Origin: an uncultured bacterium
GTDB lineage: Bacteria; Patescibacteriota; Minisyncoccia; Phycocordibacterales; UBA2100
NCBI GenBank assembly: GCA_903858755.1
Contig: CAIOKC010000008.1
Span: 1-39,354 of the forward strand
Length of the DNA: 39,354 nt
Reading direction: 5' to 3'
Part shown: positions 8,011 through 15,787 of the stretch, in pieces
Position numbering within the stretch: position 1 is the first letter of the stretch
Layout of the letters: each line of letters begins with the position of its first letter
Notes under the pieces: model-generated
The model's database searches: none
Seen by the model: the letters and a program-made list of their open reading frames with translations, nothing else
What the model was told of the DNA's origin: nothing
Program-made: the position numbers and the translations under genes

Positions 8011-8379
8011 ATGAAATACGGCGCACTCCTTGGATGGGGTATCGTGATCTACGCGATTGCCGAACTCGTCTCTTCTGCGCTCATCACCTACGGTCTGGCT
8101 GCAACGCTGCTTGCACAATGCATCACTCTCGTCTCTTTGGTCGTCGTCTCCCTCATCGCAGGGCACGCGCTCACAATGCATTCGTGGAAAGACATTCTTC
8201 CGTATTCGCTCGGATGGATGTGCATCTTGGTTGCGCTCGATGCTCTCCTCTATGTGCCCCTCGCCGGATGGGGATTGTATGCGGATTCGGGCATGTGGTT
8301 TGGCTACGCACTCGTCGCGATCGCGCCGCTTTTTGCGTCGACTGCGCATACGCTCCCGGAGCCCCATCGCGTATTTTGA
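8011..8379 (+). CDS. Small integral membrane protein (about 4 TM)
   Basis: Four hydrophobic segments; CATAAT 6 nt before ATG 8011. Confidence 0.7.
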   Translation: MKYGALLGWGIVIYAIAELVSSALITYGLAATLLAQCITLVSLVVVSLIAGHALTMHSWKDILPYSLGWMCILVALDALLYVPLAGWGLYADSGMWFGYALVAIAPLFASTAHTLPEPHRVF

Positions 8380-8380
8380 T

Positions 8381-9571
8381 ATGGGTCTTGCCACCGTACG
8401 AACGCAGGATTCCGTTCGGGATTCCGCCCGCGCACTCCGTTTCCATAGGTTTCTCCTGCGCCTCGCGCTCGCGGGGATCAATGTCTATGCGTGGATATTT
8501 GCGTTCCAGTACTTTTTCCTCACGAGTCCGACGATTGAGCAGGCTTTCGCTCGCACGGTGCTTCTCTACGGCTTATCGCAGACAGTGACGTGCCTCGCTA
8601 CGCCCTATGCGGCTCGAGCGCTTCGGCACGGATCGAGGCGGTCGATCGTCTTTGCGCTCGTATGCGCGTCGGCGTCTTTCGTACTTCTTGGCGCCACCTT
8701 TGAGGGATTCTTTCCGCTTTCGGTGCCGCTCGGGATCATCGCTTTTTCTATCGGACTCGGCGCATACCGCTCGCTGTATTGGATACCGTATGAAGTCGAG
8801 GCGAGAGGTGTCTTGCAGACGACCCGTCGCGCGAGTCTTTTTCGTGAAATCGTCGTGGCGCTTGCTCCGCTTGGCGTCGGACTTCTTATCGCTTCGAGTG
8901 GAGAGGCGCCATTGTGGAGCCTCTTCGGTGCCGGAGCGCTCGTGCTTCTCTCCGCGCTGCCGCTTATCTGGGTCTCGGAAGTGCACGAGCGTTTCTCGTG
9001 GAAATATCGCGAGACGTTTGCGCACCTCATGGATCGAGCGCATCGCGTGCATGTCTCTCGATCCATACTGGAGGGGATGATAGGGGCGGCGATGCTTCTC
9101 CTGTGGCCGATAGCGATCTTCCTCATCGTCGGGTGGTCCTACGGGATGCTTGGTCTCGTGCTCTCGCTTACCTTCCTCTTCGCCATGTTTGGGCGGGGAG
9201 TCGTCCGCAGCGTCCTCCGCCGAGTGCAGGTGCATGAATCGCGGCTCGTGGGCGGTTTTCTCGCGGCATCTCCGTGGCTTCTGCGCCTTCTTGTCGCGAG
9301 TCCGATTTCGATCGTGCTTGTCGACTCGTATTTCTACACGACCGCCTCCCTCCGTCATGGGCTGGACCACGCAGCATTCGAACAGTCGTCGGACGGTGGC
9401 TCGTATATCGACGAGCACACCGCACTCAAGGAGATGGCGCTTTCAATAGGACGCATCGTGACCTGCGCGCTTGCGGTGGGTCTCGCTCTTCTCTTCTCCC
9501 TTCCGTTTGCGTGTATCGGCGCCTTCACTCTTGCCGCGCTCGCTTCGCTCGCGCTCCACTTTTGGTATTGA
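8381..9571 (+). CDS. MFS-like multi-pass membrane protein
   Basis: About 396 aa with two bundles of hydrophobic helices; starts 1 nt after the upstream stop. Confidence 0.7.
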   Translation: MGLATVRTQDSVRDSARALRFHRFLLRLALAGINVYAWIFAFQYFFLTSPTIEQAFARTVLLYGLSQTVTCLATPYAARALRHGSRRSIVFALVCASASFVLLGATFEGFFPLSVPLGIIAFSIGLGAYRSLYWIPYEVEARGVLQTTRRASLFREIVVALAPLGVGLLIASSGEAPLWSLFGAGALVLLSALPLIWVSEVHERFSWKYRETFAHLMDRAHRVHVSRSILEGMIGAAMLLLWPIAIFLIVGWSYGMLGLVLSLTFLFAMFGRGVVRSVLRRVQVHESRLVGGFLAASPWLLRLLVASPISIVLVDSYFYTTASLRHGLDHAAFEQSSDGGSYIDEHTALKEMALSIGRIVTCALAVGLALLFSLPFACIGAFTLAALASLALHFWY

Positions 9572-9575
9572 AAAT

Positions 9576-9614
9576 CCGCCACAGTATCAAGGGGAACCCT
9601 TGATACTGTGGCGG
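9576..9614. terminator. Long hairpin (18-bp stem) between convergent genes
   Basis: CCGCCACAGTATCAAGGG-GAA-CCCTTGATACTGTGGCGG. Confidence 0.6.
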
Positions 9615-9621
9615 GAAGAAT

Positions 9622-9652
9622 CGCCCCGGAACGCACACTGCGTTCCGGGGCG
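9622..9652. terminator. Second long hairpin (14-bp stem)
   Basis: CGCCCCGGAACGCA-CAC-TGCGTTCCGGGGCG. Confidence 0.55.
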
Positions 9653-9682
9653 GTCTCATGTTTTGGCAAAGACAGAGCAAGG

Positions 9683-10012
9683 TCAGAGGAAGACCGGTTG
9701 TCGAATCCGGTCCTCGATATGTTCACGTTCCTTGGCTCGCGCCCTCTGCAGAGCGCAGAAGGCGAGCTGCTTCGCCGCTTGCCAGTCGCCTTTTTGAAGC
9801 GGCTGGAGAGGGCGCAGCGGCTCAAGAAGCGGACCACGCGGCGAAGGGCGATCATCAGTCGTCGCTCCGGTCAGGTCTCGCCACTGCATCTCGTAGTCCA
9901 AGGGGAGCGTGCACACGAACGAAATCTTCCGCCCCTTGTACCAAACGACACATTCCTGCGCGTCGTTCACGGCGATGATCGTGGGCGTGGCGCCCCAGGA
10001 TTTTTTGTTCAC
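9683..10012 (-). CDS. Hypothetical protein (109 aa)
   Basis: ATGA-overlap coupling to the upstream ORF; followed by hairpins. Confidence 0.6.
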   Translation of the reverse strand: MNKKSWGATPTIIAVNDAQECVVWYKGRKISFVCTLPLDYEMQWRDLTGATTDDRPSPRGPLLEPLRPLQPLQKGDWQAAKQLAFCALQRARAKEREHIEDRIRQPVFL

Positions 10013-10380
10013 TGCAGAGCCTCCTTCCGTGCTTCGATCCTCCGAGAAGCCTCTTCCGCCGCTTTCGTGCCGAAGACGAACACGTGCAAAAGAAGATTGC
10101 GATACGCTTGCTGTGTTTTCTCACCCCGTGCGCTGATCGCGTGCGCGTCGAGCGCCTTGTCGATGGCGCCGTCGGTGAGTCCGTCTTTCGTCCGGAGATT
10201 GATTGCGGTCCGGACGACGGCAGGCGCATCGTGCCCGATCAGTGCGCGATCGGATGCCGAAAGCCCCTCGAGGGCTTTCGTGGTCTCGAAAACGATATGT
10301 TCAGGCACGCGATTCACCTCTCTTTCTTCTGAATGCGATGTACCTGGAAAGTACTCTACCATGAAAGCGGAGATATTCAA
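10009..10380 (-). CDS. Hypothetical protein (123 aa)
   Basis: ATGA-overlap coupling with the YqeY gene and with the downstream ORF. Confidence 0.6.
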   Translation of the reverse strand: MNISAFMVEYFPGTSHSEEREVNRVPEHIVFETTKALEGLSASDRALIGHDAPAVVRTAINLRTKDGLTDGAIDKALDAHAISARGEKTQQAYRNLLLHVFVFGTKAAEEASRRIEARKEALQ

Positions 10381-10817
10381 GCTGCGAGCGCTTGTACGAC
10401 TGCTTTCACGTCCGCGCCGTCGGCACTTCCCGCGAATTCTTTCATGATGGCGCCAGTAAGCTTGCCGGCATCCGTGATTCCTTCTGCTATCTTTGCCCGC
10501 GCCACTTTCTCGATCTCTTCGCGGCTCGCGGTCTGCGGCAAGTAGGTCTCGATAATCTTGAGTTCGGCGGATTCTTTTTCCGCGAGCTCAGTGCGTCCGC
10601 CTTTGGTGAATTGCTCGATCGAATCTTTGCGCTGCTTTGCGAGGCGCTTGAGGACGACGATCGCATCAGCATCGGCTATTTCTTCGGTCGGCTTTTTGCC
10701 TTTGGCGACGAGCTCGTTGGTGAATGCGGTCATCGCTCCGCGAAGCGTATTGACCTTGATGGGGTCGCGCGTCTTCATCGCCGCGACCATATCTGTCTTT
10801 ATCTGCTGCAGAAGCAT
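10377..10817 (-). CDS. GatB/YqeY domain protein
   Basis: IKTDMVAAMK, KQRKDSIEQFTKGGRTELAEKESAELKIIETYLP, ADGADVK. Confidence 0.92.
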   Translation of the reverse strand: MLLQQIKTDMVAAMKTRDPIKVNTLRGAMTAFTNELVAKGKKPTEEIADADAIVVLKRLAKQRKDSIEQFTKGGRTELAEKESAELKIIETYLPQTASREEIEKVARAKIAEGITDAGKLTGAIMKEFAGSADGADVKAVVQALAA

Positions 10818-10850
10818 GAGTGGGAGTATAGCACGTGCTAGAATCCCGCT
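10818..10850. promoter_or_regulatory. Back-to-back divergent extended -10 promoters (YqeY gene / rmuC)
   Basis: Minus strand TGC-TATACT-7nt-ATG; plus strand TGC-TAGAAT-6nt-ATG; they share the palindrome TAGCACGTGCTA at 10829-10840. Confidence 0.7.
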
Positions 10851-11891
10851 ATGGAATGGGTGATCATCGGTCTTCTCGCTTTGATCTTAATTGCCGTTTT
10901 GGTTGCTTTTTTCCGTAAACCCGTAGCACCGCAGGATACACAGGGAATGGTATTGCTCCAGAAGCAGATGGAAAATCTTGAGCGCTCTCTGGATTCTCGC
11001 ATGCACGAATCGAGTAAGCAGATGCACGATACGGTGCGCGGTCAGCTCGGAGAATCAGCGCGACTGATTAAAGAGATCACCCAAGAGATCACTTCAGTGA
11101 AGGAAATAGGTCGGCAGACGCAATCTTTTGCGGAACAACTTCAGTCCCTTCAAGACCTTCTGAAGAATCCAAAACAGCGCGGTATTTTGGGTGAGTACTA
11201 TTTGGAGACTGTCTTGAAAAACGTCATGAGCCCACAGGATTACCGTATTCAGTATGCATTTAAGAACGGAGAGGTGGTCGACGCTGTTGTCGTTATTGAT
11301 AAGAAACTTGTCCCTGTCGACTCTAAATTCTCTCTCGACAACTACAACAGGTTCGTCAGTGCCGCGGTGGGAAGTCCTGAGCGCGCAGCGCTCGAGAAAT
11401 TGTTTGTAAACGACCTGAAAATGCGGATCCAGGAAACTGCGAAGTACATACGCCCAGAAGAAGACACGATGGACTTCGCCTTCATGTTTATTCCGAGCGA
11501 AGGTATTTATTATGACCTCCTCACAAATCAAGTTGGGGGTGGGGAAGAGGAGAATTTGATTCAGCGCGCAGCTTCGAAATATAAAGTCATTATCGTTTCA
11601 CCGACATCGTTCCTCGCGTATCTGCAAACAGTTCTGCAGGGCTTGCGGGCGTTGGAGATCGAGAAACGCGCAGGCGAAATACAGAAGCGGGTCGGTGAAT
11701 TGGGCAAGCATCTGGGTTCGTATGAAGGGCTTTTCCAGAAACTTGGAGCGGCATTGGGAACGACTGTTTCTCATTACAATAATGCCTACAAGGAGCTTGG
11801 TAAGATAGATAAAGACGTCTTTCGCATTACCGAGTCCAAAATCGGCATAGAGCCCGAGCTGCTCGACAAGCCGACTCTGATCGAGGAGTAA
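10851..11891 (+). CDS. rmuC: DNA recombination protein RmuC
   Basis: N-terminal TM, coiled coil, NPKQRGILGEYYLE, VDSKF, KYIRPEEDTMDFAFMFIPSEGIY, VSPTS. Confidence 0.93.
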   Translation: MEWVIIGLLALILIAVLVAFFRKPVAPQDTQGMVLLQKQMENLERSLDSRMHESSKQMHDTVRGQLGESARLIKEITQEITSVKEIGRQTQSFAEQLQSLQDLLKNPKQRGILGEYYLETVLKNVMSPQDYRIQYAFKNGEVVDAVVVIDKKLVPVDSKFSLDNYNRFVSAAVGSPERAALEKLFVNDLKMRIQETAKYIRPEEDTMDFAFMFIPSEGIYYDLLTNQVGGGEEENLIQRAASKYKVIIVSPTSFLAYLQTVLQGLRALEIEKRAGEIQKRVGELGKHLGSYEGLFQKLGAALGTTVSHYNNAYKELGKIDKDVFRITESKIGIEPELLDKPTLIEE

Positions 11892-11899
11892 GATACGGA

Positions 11900-11930
11900 A
11901 AGGCGGGGCTCGCGACGCGAGCCCCGCCTT
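11900..11930. terminator. Hairpin between convergent genes (bidirectional terminator candidate)
   Basis: AAGGCGGGGCTCGCG-A-CGCGAGCCCCGCCTT. Confidence 0.7.
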
Positions 11931-11938
11931 CTGCTTCA

Positions 11939-12118
11939 TCAGATTCCGAGTGCGATAGCGCACACGAAAGCTCCGAGAATGACCAGCGTGAAGATCGCGG
12001 GCACGCCGATCACGAGACCGAGCCACTGCCGTTTCATCTGCGCCGCTTCTTCGCGGTCTGCCTCGATGTCGTAGATAGCGCCGGTATCAAAAGAAGAAGT
12101 GTTTCTACTGATCCCCAT
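11939..12118 (-). CDS. Small protein with C-terminal TM helix
   Basis: AAGGAG SD upstream of ATG 12118; hydrophobic C-terminus WLGLVIGVPAIFTLVILGAFVCAIALGI. Confidence 0.55.
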   Translation of the reverse strand: MGISRNTSSFDTGAIYDIEADREEAAQMKRQWLGLVIGVPAIFTLVILGAFVCAIALGI

Positions 12119-12228
12119 GGGGATGTCTCCTTCTCCCAGACCCGCCGCCATTCTGCTCCTCGTACGAGCAAAAGCAATCCTTTGTTGCGCGCCCTGTGGA
12201 TATGGGGTATATTGCGGCTTCTATAGCT

Positions 12229-12546
12229 ATGGCAAAAATCGCGATCATCGAGACGGGTGGGAAGCAGTACGTTGTCATGCAAGACAGCGTGCTTGATGTC
12301 GAGAAACTTCCTGGCTCTCACAAGGCGGGCGACAAAATCACGTTCGATAAGGTTCTTCTCACTGATGATGGGAAAGAGACGAAAGTCGGCGCGCCCTATG
12401 TCTCCGGCGCGAAAGTATCGGCAGAGCTTGTCGAGGAAGGTCGCGATGCGAAAGTCACGGTCATCCGCTACCGCCAGAAAAGCCGCTACTACAAAAAGCG
12501 AGGTCATCGCCAGCCGTACGCGAAAGTCCGCATAACCGCCCTCTAA
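12229..12546 (+). CDS. rplU: 50S ribosomal protein L21
   Basis: AIIETGGKQY, VGAPYVSGAKVSAE, KRGHRQPY. Confidence 0.97.
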   Translation: MAKIAIIETGGKQYVVMQDSVLDVEKLPGSHKAGDKITFDKVLLTDDGKETKVGAPYVSGAKVSAELVEEGRDAKVTVIRYRQKSRYYKKRGHRQPYAKVRITAL

Positions 12547-12556
12547 GGGCGGTTTT
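12534..12556 (+). terminator. Intrinsic terminator spanning the rplU stop
   Basis: AACCGCCC-TCTAA-GGGCGGTT followed by TT; lies between convergent rplU and recR. Confidence 0.55.
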
Positions 12557-13155
12557 CATTTTCGACTTTCGAGAGCGTTTTTTATCGTCTCAGGATCGGC
12601 GTACTCAAGCTCACTGCCGGTCGAAAGACCGCGCCCAAGCGTCGTTATCCGCAGCGATGAACGATTTACGAAGTCGCTCATCTCGTTTTTTAGGCGCGCG
12701 GCGGTCGCGTCGCCTTCGGGGTTCGCGGGGAAGGCGAGCACCACTTCCTCAAGTTCTTTGCGGGAGGAAATGAGGGCGAGGAGCTGCGGGATGCGTAGAT
12801 TCGCCGATTTCTCATTTGCGAGCGAGATCGTCCCGCCGAGTACAAAGTAAAGACCGTGGTAGGTTCCGCTCCGTTCAAGCGCTTGTAAATCAGCATCGGA
12901 TGCCACGATCATGAGGAATTCTTTGCCGCGTTCGTCGCTCACGCAGATCGAACAGATCTTCTCTTCCCCCGCGTGGAACCGCATGCACTCAGGGCACTGG
13001 TGTACCGCGCTACCGAGGCGCTGCACCGCTTCTATCAGTTCACGACGCATGCTTGGGGAGGAGCGCAGGAGAAATTGCACGAAGCGCCCCGCTTGGCGCG
13101 GTCCGATGCCGGGGAAGCGCTCAAACAAAGAGGTTAGCCGCTCTATCGTATCCAT
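12556..13155 (-). CDS. recR: Recombination mediator RecR
   Basis: HhH FPGIGPRQA, CxxC-CxxC zinc finger, Toprim NPEGDATA, GSELEYAD. Confidence 0.95.
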   Translation of the reverse strand: MDTIERLTSLFERFPGIGPRQAGRFVQFLLRSSPSMRRELIEAVQRLGSAVHQCPECMRFHAGEEKICSICVSDERGKEFLMIVASDADLQALERSGTYHGLYFVLGGTISLANEKSANLRIPQLLALISSRKELEEVVLAFPANPEGDATAARLKNEMSDFVNRSSLRITTLGRGLSTGSELEYADPETIKNALESRK

Positions 13156-13156
13156 A

Positions 13157-14548
13157 CTAGAACGGATTGTCGCCGCCCTCCACCGTCGCTTGCGGCGTGA
13201 AATCGCCGAAATCGCTCTTGTCTATCGAGAGGAAGGTGGTCTTCTGCTCGTCGAAACGCAGGTCGACTTTCCCGACGGGACCATTGCGGTGTTTTTCCAC
13301 GAGAATCTCCGCGATGCCGGGTCGGTCGGAATTATCGCTCATTTTGTCTTCACGATGTATGAACATCACGACATCCGCATCCTGCTCGATCGAGCCGGAA
13401 TCGCGGAGATCGGAGAGGCGGGGGCGACCGCGTCGCTGCTCGACCGCGCGCGAAAGCTGCGAGAGCGCGAGGACGGGCACTTCAAGCTCGCGCGCGAGTC
13501 CCTTGAGCGAGCGGGATATTTCGGTGACTTGCTGCACCATCGAATCTCCTGAGCGCGCGTGGGTCGGGGTGATGAGCTGCAGGTAGTCGACCACAATGAG
13601 TCCGAGACCCTTCTCCATTTTCAGGCGGCGCGCGACCGAGCGCATGGTAAGGACGGTCGTCGACGCCTTGTCGTCTATATAAATGGGCGCTTCGGAAAGG
13701 GTGCTGATCGCTTCTTGCAGGCGGTCGTAGTCGTCGTCGCCTTTGATTTTCCCGGTGCGGAGGCGCCACGAATCCACCCCCGCTTGCGCGGCGAGCATAC
13801 GGTCCACGAGCTGGTCGGTCGCCATTTCAAGAGAAAAAATGCCGACGGGCGTGCCGTGTTTGATCGCCGTCTGCCGCGCGATGTCCAAAGCGAGAGCCGT
13901 CTTACCCATGGACGGGCGGGCGGCGAGAATGACGAGGTCTGATTTCTGGAATCCGGCGAGCAGATTGTCGAGCGAGGGAAATCCTGTCGGGACTCCGCGC
14001 AAGGCGTCGCCCTGATGTTTTTGCAGATTCTCAAGCCGCTCCCACGCTTCGCCAAGCTCTTCTTTGATTGCGGTAAACGTCCGGAGCATCGGCGCTTGGG
14101 AGACTGAAAAGACGGCGCTCTGCGCTTCGTCGAGGACTTCCTCGATTTCGCGGTCCTCGGCGAAACCCAATTCTCCTATTTTCGACGCGGCATCGAGAAG
14201 GGAGCGGAGGACGAATTTGTTCTGCACGTTTTGCGCATAATGGCGCGCGCTTCCGGGAGAAGCTGCCGCTCCTGTGAGTTCGGAGAGATACGCTGCGCCC
14301 CCGATACCGGCAAGCTCTTTCCTCTCTTTCAGCTTTCCTGAGAGTGTGACCACGTCGATCGGCTCGCCCTTGGCGTAGAGCGCGAGCATTGCATCGAAAA
14401 TGACGCGGTGTTTCCCCGCATAAAACGAATCGACCGCAATCAGGTCGGCGACTTCGTACATCGCGTTCTGGCTCAGCATGAGCGCGCCGAGGAGCGCTTT
14501 CTCCATCTCGATATCTTGCGGCGGGACGCGGGGTGATTTCTCTGCCAT
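13157..14548 (-). CDS. dnaB: Replicative DNA helicase
   Basis: PPQDIEME, AARPSMGKTA, FSLEM, VVDYLQL, LSQLSRAVE, SDLRDSGSIEQDAD, KHRNGP. Confidence 0.98.
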   Translation of the reverse strand: MAEKSPRVPPQDIEMEKALLGALMLSQNAMYEVADLIAVDSFYAGKHRVIFDAMLALYAKGEPIDVVTLSGKLKERKELAGIGGAAYLSELTGAAASPGSARHYAQNVQNKFVLRSLLDAASKIGELGFAEDREIEEVLDEAQSAVFSVSQAPMLRTFTAIKEELGEAWERLENLQKHQGDALRGVPTGFPSLDNLLAGFQKSDLVILAARPSMGKTALALDIARQTAIKHGTPVGIFSLEMATDQLVDRMLAAQAGVDSWRLRTGKIKGDDDYDRLQEAISTLSEAPIYIDDKASTTVLTMRSVARRLKMEKGLGLIVVDYLQLITPTHARSGDSMVQQVTEISRSLKGLARELEVPVLALSQLSRAVEQRRGRPRLSDLRDSGSIEQDADVVMFIHREDKMSDNSDRPGIAEILVEKHRNGPVGKVDLRFDEQKTTFLSIDKSDFGDFTPQATVEGGDNPF

Positions 14549-14701
14549 GGCGCCATACTACCATCGAGGTCTTCTTGAGGCGCGCGCGAGCGAGGTCGAA
14601 CATGTGTTTTGCGTGTGGAAAAGGCGAGAAGCGGGTCGCCGCTTGACGCGCAATCAAGTATTTGATACAACGTATGCCACACCTAACACTATTGGTCAAT
14701 T

Positions 14702-15724
14702 ATGCTTTCATTTTCACCGAAATCAGCCACAAAAGACCTGCTCTCCGGGCTGCCGGAGCGCTCTCGCCACGTCCTTACGGACCGTTTCGGGCTCTCTTCC
14801 AAGGGGGAGCGCCGCACGCTCGATTCGATCGGGCAGGAGTATGGGATTACCCGCGAGCGCATCCGTCAGATAGAAAACCATGGCGTCGCGACCATCCGGG
14901 AGTCGGATTCATACGCGAAGCTTTCGCAGGCGTGGGAAGATCTCAAGCGCGCGATGAATACGCTCGGCGGCATCCTTGCGGAGCACACGCTTGTCTCCGA
15001 ACTTACGAAAAGCGAAGCGGAGCGCAACCACATCATTTTCCTCCTTACGGTGGGTCATCAATTCGACGATCGCCGCGAGGACGCGAATTTCCATCCGCGC
15101 TGGCATACCGATGAGCAGCTTGCGGAGGCTGTCGAACACGCGCTTACGAGCCTCTACGAATCGCTCGAACCGAGCAAGCTTACGCCCGAGGACGAATTTA
15201 TCGACCTCTTCGCGAAGCACTTGAAGCAAGAGGGGGTCAAGAATCGCACGCCGGAAATACTCGCGCGCTGGCTCGCGCTCTCGAAGCGCGTCGGTCGCAA
15301 CCCGCTTGGCGAATGGGGTCGGCAGGAAAGTCCGCACGTCCGCATCAAGAACACTCGGGATTTCGCATACCTTACGCTGAAACGCCACGGCTCCCCGATG
15401 CATTTCACCGAAGTCGCGAAAGGCATCGAGAAGCTTTTCGGTCGCGAGACGCATCCGGCGACCACGCACAACGAGCTCATCAAAGACGGTCGTTTCGTGC
15501 TCGTCGGGCGCGGTCTCTACGCGCTCAAGGAGTGGGGATACGAACCGGGCGTTGTGCGCGACGTCATCAGAGGTGTGCTCGAGCGCGAGGGACCTCTTAC
15601 GCGAGAAGAAATCGTGGATCGCGTGAAGCGCGAACGCTATGTGAAAGATGCGACCATCGCGGTCAATCTCCAGAATGGAATGTTTACACGTCTCTCCGAC
15701 GGTCGCTACTCTCTCTCGAAGTAA
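14702..15724 (+). CDS. Sigma-70 region-4-like HTH protein with C-terminal winged-helix (HARE-HTH/RpoE-like) domains
   Basis: RFGL..RRTLDSIGQEYGITRERIRQIE (sigma region 4.2); C-terminal PMHFTEVAK..HNELIKDGRFVLVGRGLYALKEW; no sigma region 2 seen. Confidence 0.75.
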   Translation: MLSFSPKSATKDLLSGLPERSRHVLTDRFGLSSKGERRTLDSIGQEYGITRERIRQIENHGVATIRESDSYAKLSQAWEDLKRAMNTLGGILAEHTLVSELTKSEAERNHIIFLLTVGHQFDDRREDANFHPRWHTDEQLAEAVEHALTSLYESLEPSKLTPEDEFIDLFAKHLKQEGVKNRTPEILARWLALSKRVGRNPLGEWGRQESPHVRIKNTRDFAYLTLKRHGSPMHFTEVAKGIEKLFGRETHPATTHNELIKDGRFVLVGRGLYALKEWGYEPGVVRDVIRGVLEREGPLTREEIVDRVKRERYVKDATIAVNLQNGMFTRLSDGRYSLSK

Positions 15725-15742
15725 ATCACTCCACAGGGCTCT

Positions 15743-15773
15743 CGAAAACGCCGCCGCGAGGGCGGCGTTTTCG
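15743..15773. terminator. Intrinsic terminator
   Basis: CGAAAACGCCGCC-GCGAG-GGCGGCGTTTTCG. Confidence 0.7.
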
Positions 15774-15787
15774 TGTAAAATGCGAGT

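Noticed and set aside
9608-10447. 279-aa plus-strand ORF
   Set aside because: Arg/Ser-rich, starts inside a hairpin; the minus-strand ORFs are better supported by two exact ATGA couplings
12229-12546. rplU without adjacent rpmA, and dnaK without downstream dnaJ
   Set aside because: Operon rearrangement is common in reduced genomes; the partners may lie outside the window
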